Translations under genes and position numbers: made by a program
The notes under the pieces: model-generated
The model's input: only the letters and a program-made list of their open reading frames with translations
What the model was told of the DNA's origin: nothing
The model's database searches: none
Part shown: positions 54,015 through 64,000 of the stretch, piece after piece
How positions within the stretch are numbered: the first letter of the stretch is position 1
Layout of the letters: each line of letters begins with the position of its first letter
DNA from: the human T2T-CHM13v2.0 reference genome, Homo sapiens
Length of the DNA: 64,000 nt
Assembly: GCF_009914755.1 (NCBI RefSeq)
Contig: NC_060937.1
Reading direction: 5' to 3' (one strand)

Positions 54015-56670
54015 CTCTAGGCTATATTTTTACAACAATATATGTAATGGTTCTGTTATTCCTAAAACATTGATTTCCCAGTCTTCCATGTCTCATTCTA
54101 GCTTGTTGCACTTGGATTTCTCCTATGACAGAAACATAGAAATTCCCGTGAAGCCAAACTCAGGTGATGTTTCAGGGACACACTGACTCATAAAAATAAT
54201 CTACCATTGTGGGGCCATTGTTGCTGTTTTTGTGAAACACGTAGGCTTATCAAGATTACCAAGATAAGGCATATTATCAGGTTAACTAGTATTAACTTCA
54301 AAGTTGAGATGATCTATGGATAACTGGTTGGGTTAACACCAATGACAGCTTTCCTAGTTACATAGTCTCAGATCAGCGCTTCAGTCAGACATTGTGGACG
54401 CTTTAAGGTGTCTAAGAGTAATCATATAACTTTGGGGAAAATGTGTCTTAGATAAGAATTTATTCTGCTTTTTAAAACAGTAGAACAATTCATATGACAT
54501 ATAGCTGAGTATTTTAATTAATATAGATTTGAGACAGTAAAAGCAGTTGAATCAAAATCAAAGATGAGTAACTAAAAATACAAAAGAAACAGCAAGTAAA
54601 GGAAAAACTCAAGAAATATTAAATTTTAAATATGTTTAGCCAATTAGAAAAATATCAGTTACACATGCAAGTTGAAAAATCTAATTTTTAGAATTATGTA
54701 TTTATAATTTTTCAAGTATAATATCATATGATTGTATGTTTGTTCTTGCTAGCAAAGAAACATAACATGACTTTTGGAAACTTTTAATTAATTTGCTAAG
54801 TTAACAAATAGGCAAACACATACATTGTCAGAGGAAATAACGAAGGTTTTCGGTGCAGAAATGCAGCTGGTGGTGTACTCATGCACTTAGACACGTAATA
54901 TAGCATAAAAAATTCACTATTTGTAAAACAGTGTTGCAGTATATATCAATAACCACAAAAATATCCATAATAACAATGACTCAGTTATATCATATTTAAG
55001 AAATATTCATACATTATTTTGTAGAAATCAGTCAAAAAGAAAAGTTAGAGAATAGTCGGTAAATGTGATATCAAGCAATATCTTTGACTGAAGATAGCCA
55101 TATATCTAGGCTGAAGGATGAAGTGTTCCTCATACAAATTTTGGCTAAATAACAAATTTTGTGTTGAAATTATACTGGTTCAGATATGAAATCATCTTAA
55201 TCAAACATTCTTTAGATCCAACAATGAATCTAAAATCTTATCAAGAAAATTTAATAGTAACACAATTTTATTATTATAACTTCACTTCTAAAATGTTTAG
55301 AAACTTCTTGAATAATCAACACCGTTGGCCATTAATTTCTTCTTGAATTCAATATATTAAATTTTTTTCATTAATGTTGATATTCGCTTTTAGTCAAGGT
55401 CAATGGTAAAGGAAAATTAGGGCTGGTTGGGTGAGCTGATACTTTTTCTACAGATTTTTTAATACACAGACTAAAGATAATTTATTATGGATTTTATTAT
55501 TTTATTTTGCAGTTTTTCATTGTTATAAATTTTCAGATATCAGATACAGTTTATTGACTAACCCACAACGTGAAAATTACACAAAAGTTGTTTTTTCATG
55601 ACTCGTACGCTAAGTGGAATTTAATAAATAAAAATTCAATGCGGTTCTTAAAATTTTTCAATGTAATATTATAAATGTTACTACCCCAAATAATTTTACA
55701 ATAATAAAAATTATGATAGAAACTAAGGTCTATCAAACTACTTTGTATTGTAATTTAATTTTTTTGCAAACACCTCTTGCCTCAAAAATTCCTAAACTTA
55801 TCTTTCTAACATATCTTTGCAACTTTCATATTACCTGCCAATCTTTACCTATTTATTTAATTAGTTGAAATCCTTAAAATTTGTTTGTGTGTATAAAATT
55901 AACAGCTTTCACAATAAGCACTAATTGCTGCAACATTTTAAACTTGCAAAAATAATTACACATTTAAACTGCTAAGCTGAAAGTCTTTCAACTTATAAAG
56001 CCCATTAGGAGGTATTCACTCCAAGCCAGTAGAACCTTTACCTCTATTGATGTAACTGTGTTGCTATTAACACTAAATCTAGTGGGATACCTTAGTCTTA
56101 CTACGGACATTGAGAGCCTCACTGGATATGATGGTGCCAGAGAGGACAAAGCAGCAGGTATTTGGCAACTGGAATTTCCCAGGCTGAGGCTAAGGAGAGG
56201 CTAGCCAGCAGCCAGCAGATGAAGGCAGATGTTGAAATCTCTAGCACTCTCAGGGCACCAGAAACCACAGCTGCCTATTTTAAATAAAAATAAGGTTACT
56301 CACAGCACTTACAGAAGACATGTGACCAGTCTTGGGAAATGATCATAACCAAGTTAACTCCGAAGTCGAGGTAAGAACAATCCCAATGACTGTCGTGGAG
56401 CAGGAAAGGTCCTTTCCCATGTGACACCAAATCCTCAATGAATTATGCATATCTCACTGTCATTCCTGACTTTGCATAACTAGCTTAAAGTCCAAAGCCC
56501 AAAGACATAGTGATTAATAAGGTCTCAGAGTTGAAAGAACAAGGCTCTTACACTTGGTCCTTTCAACTCCTAGAATCTTCTAGAAATTGTCCTAGAATAC
56601 TTCCTATAGTGACCGAAAGGAAATTTCCCACAGGGATATTGGGAAACTGTTAATAACTATTAGATTATTC

Positions 56671-57210
56671 TATGATCCATTTGTTTTGTTGTTCTATCTA
56701 ACCTGCTGCAGATAGGGCAATCAATAAAAAGACCGAATTTCTGCCATGATTGAATTAACATTGGAGTGGAAGATAAAATCAATAAACTTAGATCGGCATT
56801 ATAATATCCCATATAGATAAATGATAGGAAGAATAATGAAGCACAATATGGAGATTGAAAATATGGGATGCAAAGTCAGTTTAGACAAAGTGGTCCTGAA
56901 GTTCTCACTGTTATGGCGAACCAGGAGCAGAGACCTCGGTGAGGGGAGAAGTTCAGCCGCTAGATGGCTGGAGGAAGAGCATGCTGGGCACAGGAAATGG
57001 CAGGTGCAGAGGCAGGGTGCTTGATGCGGTTGAAGAATAACAAGGAGCCTCTGTGACTGAGGCACAATAAGCAAAAGGGAAGTGCATTGGAGGTAGAGTC
57101 AGAACCCACATCACTTAGGGGCTGGGGCCAGGGAGAGAACGTTGAGTTTTCTTCTAAAAGCAGCAGGAAACAATTGTAAGTTTTTCAGTTAGAAAAGATA
57201 TGATCTTACT
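56671..57210 (-). mobile_element. L2 fragment (presumed donor of the inverted copy at 60128-60469)
   Basis: Antisense L2 motifs 'ggaagagcatgctgggcacaggaaatggcaggtgcagaggc', 'tgaagaataacaaggagcctctgtgactgagg' and 'ttgagttttcttctaaaagcagcaggaa'. Confidence 0.75.
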
Positions 57211-58234
57211 TTCCCAGGAATTGCATGTGGTAAGGCATTATGCTTCCAACTATAACTTCCCATGGAACAACTTCAGAGACAACACGAATGTCAAAAAGCA
57301 GAAATAGTCATGCAAATTTGTGGCAGAGAAGCATAAGTAGAAATTACATGGCAATTATAGGAGAATTAAAGGACATGGAATTATATAGAAAACTGTGTAA
57401 TATTAAGTGAAAAGATGATCAAATGGTAAGTAAAATATATATGTATTAGGATAAGGTACAAAATTAGGGTAGTTATGTTAAAAATACTATGATTATACGT
57501 GATTAAAATTATTTAACTGTGTTTGTTGCTTTTTCAATGTTGTTGATGCTTATAATCTTTGCTAACTCAAATTCTCCCAACCAGTATGTATGGTGCACAC
57601 AGATGTACTGAGAAGACCTAAGGGCAAGCTGCCCTATTTCCAATCTCTTCACCTCCCATTTTCATAGATTGTCCCATTGCCAGCCAAACTCACTTCTTCT
57701 GTTTAACTGTTCTTACTAAGTATATCCCTACTTCTAGCCTGCCAAATAGAAAGTATCCTTGGGCTTCTTGTCTTCATTATATGATCAACTAACTCCAACT
57801 CATCTTTCTGCAACATATTTTTTGTAATCCTTACAGTAACTTTTGGCATGGTAAATGGGACCTTCACTGTACTAAAACAATTTAGAAGTATCCCACAGAA
57901 ATTAGAAACAATGTTTGGTGTGCATAGTTTATCAATACACATCTATAATTTTATAAGCTAATCTGATTAGTTGTGAATGCAGTGGTTATATTTAAAATAA
58001 AATTTTAATTGGACGAGTAGCCTCATCTGAGCTCTATGGATATTTCAGCGGAAGTCAGAAATGGAAATTGACCTAAATTGGCATGGTACCTTAGGTTATG
58101 GTGATCTTCAGTAAAATAATTAACTAGCTTAGTGTTTATGGGCCAATAAGCATTATGTTGATGTCATCATATGCCTTCAGAAAAGCAGAGATGAGCAAGT
58201 TGTCATTATTGTCAGACCTCCTGAGGGGAATCCT

Positions 58235-58730
58235 ACCTTTGTAATGCATTGCCTTTGTGACTATAGGCAAGTTACCTAACCACTCTCAGAGTTAGTTTCC
58301 TTGCCTGAAAAATATAGATAGTAATGTTCTTTAGCTCATAAAGTACGAAGATAAACATATACTACATGAAATATAATTAGCTTATCTCCTAATTCAGAAA
58401 GGAATTTTTGTTTGTTTAATACCACTATCATCACAACCATAACTACAAACAAAGCCACCAACATCACACAACCAACTTTTCAACCCCCGTCCCCTCCCTT
58501 CTCAATGAAGTTTAATATATGGTTTATAAGTGTAAGCCCTAAGTCCCACTGGGTTCAAATCCCAGCTCTGCCATTCACCAACTATCAATTTATTTGTCTT
58601 TTCTTTCATTTAGTCACCTATTAAATAGAAAATAATGCCTACATTATAGCATCACTGGTAAGATTCAAAAGGTTGATATAATGTGCTTAGAACAGTGTCT
58701 TAAACAAAATACGAAAATGTTAGCTTTTAC
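58235..58730 (+). mobile_element. Two MIR fragments
   Basis: 'tgtgactataggcaagttacctaaccactctcag' and 'ctgggttcaaatcccagctctgccattcacca'. Confidence 0.7.
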
Positions 58731-59974
58731 TCACTCTAATAAATTCCTTCTTTGCACAGGTAAAATTTCAGATTTTGCATTTCTACATGTGTCTGTTTTT
58801 TATAAACTTTATGTGTCATTATCATTGCATATTTTCTGCAATTTAATGTGGTTACTAATAATCTGAAACTTTCTAAAGAAAAATTAAGAAGAGTAAAAAA
58901 AAAAAAGTTATCATTCTTTCCCTAAAATGTAAAGAAAATAGCAGCACCTGAAGTTGTTTTAAGCTCTTTGACTTAAGAAAAAACGAGAAACTGGTAACAT
59001 AATGTTATTGGGAAAAATTGCTAAAAATGTCAAATGCTATGGACATTTTTCTACTTACAGGAAACTGTATAAGTTATATTGGGGGAAAGTGAGTTCCACT
59101 CTTAAGGATTTTTGACAACTAAGCTGTAAATAATATTTTACATACTGGGTTCTCTATGGACTGTCTAGATAAATGTCTGGCCTACTGTCATCTATGGGAC
59201 TTTCCTGTCCATCTCGACTTTCTCAGGTATAAACCATACCTTAGAAAAGGCTGTGCACAGCAACCCTTGGGAATGGTGCAGACCTGTGAATTTACTGGTG
59301 GCGGTGAGGGAACAGTTGTCTGCATGTCTGCCGACCAGAAGACTGTTGATTTAACTACAGCACACAGCAGACCCAACTTTTTAAAGCTATGAAAGATGGG
59401 GATTTTTCACACTCTTTTTTTTTTTATAACCTGCCACCTTAACCTGCCTAAATAAATCATTTGAAGTTCTAATATAATTAGTTTTACCATCACTATGGTC
59501 TTCTGACTGATCATTTCTTTAACTAATGTAAGCCTGTAGTAAGAAAAATAGTTAAGTATCTCTAGCTCACTTTAGAAATTTGTAAAGCCTCATCGCTTCT
59601 GTAACAAATTCCTGAGCATAGAGCCATGAAAAATTGATATATTCACAGGAAAAATAAGAAAATTAATGGTAAACATGTGTTGCCAAATGCATTTAAATTC
59701 TAATTTGGCTAAGTCATTGGCTACATTTAACAGGAAAATTTGATGTACCTCACTCTTGACAACCATCAGTAAATTTATTCAAAATTTAAAGCAAGATTTG
59801 GGGCAAATTTTGTCAGGATCAAAACCATTTGACCACCCACAAGTATAAGAGACAGATGAAAATATTATTTAAACAACTGTATCCAAATAGAGTTACTGAT
59901 GGACAAGGAATGAAAAAAGATATGTCTCATACTGACTCCCAACACGTCTATACCAGAATTCCTCTCTGATAATT

Positions 59975-60079
59975 TAAATAATATCTCAAATAGATTCCAC
60001 AACTTATCTAGTTACTCTGAACTATTAAAACTCATTCTAATGTCTGGGCATTAAGAATCCTGTTTGGTCTAATGTAGAA
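59975..60079 (+). repeat. 105-bp direct repeat, left copy
   Basis: 95 of 105 identical, ungapped, to 60490-60594. Confidence 0.95.
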
Positions 60080-60127
60080 CTGTCAATCATACATCCACTT
60101 CAAAAGTCAGCGATTTATGATTTACAT

Positions 60128-60469
60128 CTCTGTACCTGCCATTTCCCGTACACAGCATGCTCTTCCTCCAGCCACCTCATGGCTGAATTTCTCCCCTCTC
60201 TGAGGTATCTGCTCCTGGTTTGCCACAGCAGTGAGATCTTCAGGACAACCTTGTCTAAACTGACTTTGCATCCCACGTTTTTATCTCCATATTCTGTTTC
60301 ATTGTTCTTCCTATCATTTATCTACATGGGATCTTATAATGTAGATCTAGTTTATTGATTTTATCTTCCACTCTGATGTTAATTCCATCATGGCAGAAAT
60401 TCGGTCTTTTCATTCATTGCCCTATCTGCAGCAGGTTAGATAGAACAACAACAAAATGAATGGATCATA
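60128..60469 (+). repeat. Inverted copy of 56671-57011 (L2-derived sequence)
   Basis: The reverse complement aligns over ~341 bp at ~88% identity by hand alignment. Confidence 0.95.
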
Positions 60470-60489
60470 AATAGATACGGTTTATGATC

Positions 60490-60594
60490 TAAATAATATC
60501 TCAAATAGATTCCATAACTTTTCTAGTTACTCAGAACAATTAACACTCATTCTAATGTGCAGGCATTCAGAATCCTGTTTGTTCTAATGTAGAA
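60490..60594 (+). repeat. 105-bp direct repeat, right copy
   Basis: 95 of 105 identical to 59975-60079. Confidence 0.95.
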
Positions 60595-60892
60595 TCGTTG
60601 GTCAAACCTCGACACATCTACTCCTTCTCAGGTTCTGTTCTGACTCATGACAGGCTTTGGAGAAGAAGAGGAGGTGCTGGCTTTCTCCATGTTTCTTGTT
60701 GCAGCCTGCCTTGACTTATCTTCTATTGTCAGATGCCAGCATTGGGGCAGGCATGGGGGGGCAGACAAACGAAATCAGATGGGAGCTACAGTCATTATGA
60801 GACAGATACCCCAATTACGGCCTTAAGCTGGAATTAAATACCAGTACGATGATCTTTCAAGAAAAAAAAGCAAACATAAAAAAATGAAGACG

Positions 60893-61728
<836 letters not shown>

Positions 61729-62104
61729 GACAAAAAGAAGGAAAGAATAAACTAGCAAATATGTATATGTATACACATAAGAACAGAACCCAAAGATAAC
61801 CAACATTATCCAATAAAGAATTTCTAAAATAGAAGGAATACTGAATGATAAGAATCACAAAATAATGTCATATAATGTAAACAAATATTTAATGTTTAAA
61901 ACATTCTTGTTTTATCATTAGACAGAAATCTTGATATTAAATACCAAGGGGAAAAGGAAGAATAGATACATGTTAAAACACTCTATGGTTTTACCTCTGG
62001 TGTAATGCAAAAGTATTGATTTGATTTTGACATAATTACTTTTAATATGAGTGTTAAAAGTTTCTGTTGTAACCACTAAAATAATAGAAAGATTGTCCAA
62101 TTCT

Positions 62105-62450
62105 CATATTAGAGGAGAAAAAACAAGTCAATTCCCAGCTTGGGCCTCTGTCTGTGTGGAGTTTGCACATTCTCTTTGTGTCTGCATAGGTCCTCTCTGA
62201 CTTCCTTTCCCTTCCCAAACATGTGCATGTTAGGTGAATTGACATGTCTACATGGTCCCAGTCTGAATGAGTGATGACGTGTGTGTGAGTGTGCCCTGGG
62301 AGGGAATGGCATCCTATCCAAGGCTGTTTCCCAGCTTCTGCCCTAAGCTGCAGGGACGAAGCTCTGACCCCTCGCCACTATGAATTGGAATAACCAGGTT
62401 GGAAAATGAGTGAAGGAATAAATACAGATTATTGTACAATAAAAATATAT
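62105..62450 (+). mobile_element. MER6-type TcMar-Tigger DNA transposon fragment
   Basis: 'tgtctgtgtggagtttgcacattctctttgtgtctgcatagg...cccaaacatgtgcatgttaggtgaattgacatgtcta...gtgtgagtgtgccctg'. Confidence 0.8.
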
Positions 62451-62731
62451 ATTGCTATTGATTTGACTGCATTTTATTGACTTTCTGTATTTCCTTTGAT
62501 TCAAAATGTAAATTTAAAAAATACATTTCATGCAATTGAAAAGAAAAACACTTGGTGGAAGTGTGCAAGATTCTCTATCAGGGTCATTTTCAGTGACATA
62601 AGTAAAATGACTTGAGGTCACTATCCTGAAATGACAAGAGTAGATGTCTCTGATTTAAGCACAGAAAGAAACAGATGCTGCAACATTTTATGTTTGTCTT
62701 GCACAGGCTTCAGTCCACATGCTCCTTTAAA

Positions 62732-63046
62732 GGCTGGGTGCAGTGGTTCACGCCTGTAATCCCAGCACTTTGGGAGGCTGAGACGGGTGGATCACGAGGT
62801 CAGGAGATCAAGACCATCCTGGCTAACACGGTGAAACCCCATCTCTACTAAAAAAAAAAAAAAAAAAAAAAAGAATAGCCAGGCATGGTGGCGGGTGTCT
62901 GTAGTCCCAGCTACTCAGGAGGCTGAGGCAGGAGAATGGTGTGAACCCAGGAGTTGGAGCTTGCAGTGAGCAGAGATCATGCCATGCACTCCAGCCTGGG
63001 CAACAGAGCAAGACTCTGTCTCAAAAAAAAAAAAAAAAAAAAAAAA
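62732..63046 (+). mobile_element. AluY-like element with an expanded middle A-tract
   Basis: 'gatcacgaggtcaggagatcaagaccatcctggctaacacggtgaaa', 'agaatggtgtgaa' and 'gagcttgcagtgag'; linker is A23. Confidence 0.95.
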
Positions 63047-64000
63047 TCCAATGACAAAATCATTTTTTTTCTGCCAAAGTGTTCACAAAACTGCAATCTG
63101 GTTTTAAGGTTTCCAAATTGTACCAAAGATAATTTAAAGCATTACGATGCATAAAAACCTTCTAATTAAGAAAACCCTGGGTGCTAGGTCATTTACTTTC
63201 ACTAATTGAACATGTTCATTATATTAAATTCCATTTGCAATTTATCGATGTAAGTAGTATGACAAGTATTCATAGGAAACCCTTGTACTGTATCTCAGTA
63301 TTGTTGAGGGGATTGTTTTATTTCATTTTTCTTTTATTTGGGTACAAATATTGCTCATTAATTTCACATAAATAGCTTATGTCATTTCTTTTAGTTGGTT
63401 TAAGACACTGACTCTTGGTGTAACACTAGTCCTGTTTCTATTGCTACCAAAAACAAATGACTAATAGCCAGGGTTTTGTTCCTCTTGTCCTTCTGCCAAA
63501 TTCTTGACATAATTTGGCTAAATGTAATTTTCTCTGACACCTGTTCTAGTCGCCTTCTCATTTTTTCCATTTACATCTGATTTCCTCGTCACCCTCCCTC
63601 TCCTTTTCACTCATTCCTCAATTGATTTGGTTCCCTAGCACAGTCAAGAATGCGTTATACTTGTTTTTAAAAATCCCCTAAAATTATTTATCTGTAGATT
63701 TTGATGTACGTTCCAGAAGGTTGAATGCCCGAGTCATATACATGTAGTCCAATAGAATTAACAGCTGTAAAACCTATTAGAGTTAGTACCTTATCTATTT
63801 CTTGGCATTGGCAAAGTAGTAGTTGGTCAGGAATAATCTGATTTGATAGAAGTCAAAAGTGTGGAAAGAGAACCAAACACAGGCTAATTGCTGGGGAGAG
63901 TGCATCCAGTATGAAGAGCCATGGAAACCAGAGTCAAGACTCGGGTTCTGACTACTGCCTAGGCAATCAGCGCAGCATGCACAGCAGGGGAAGGGTGGAC

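Noticed and set aside
56572-56586. Perfect three-unit heat-shock element aGAAtcTTCtaGAAa
   Set aside because: Only nine specified bases; about one such match is expected by chance in 64 kb of AT-rich DNA, and there is no promoter context.
59975-60594. Direct repeats considered as LTRs or a TSD of a small retroelement
   Set aside because: There are no TG...CA termini, PBS/PPT or poly(A), and the interior is a local inverted copy, so templated repair fits better.

Overview
This is primate, almost certainly human, AT-rich intronic or intergenic DNA. It has no intact protein-coding gene, no CpG island and no recognisable RNA gene. Much of the window is interspersed repeat: about 12 Alus, L1/HAL1/L2/CR1 fragments, MIRs, MaLR/ERVL/ERV1 LTRs including a MER41B solo LTR with exact TSDs, and hAT/Tigger DNA transposons. 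It also holds microsatellites, a ~750-bp G-rich minisatellite and a full-length disabled RPL7 processed pseudogene (60893-61720). The ORF track is explained by repeats and chance. The least-explained structure is a cluster of local templated-copy scars between 46 and 60.6 kb. The main one is a 342-bp inverted copy of sequence 3.1 kb upstream, inserted between ~105-bp direct repeats with a fold-back at one junction. The others are a 62-bp dispersed direct copy, an ~85-bp tandem duplication and a 27-bp-stem pre-miRNA-like hairpin. Also noted are a palindromic triple E-box element and several small + strand segments with strong splice signals that may belong to a noncoding transcript. Repeat subfamily calls come from recalled consensus sequences and need RepeatMasker/Dfam confirmation. 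I found no evidence for a novel protein-coding system.
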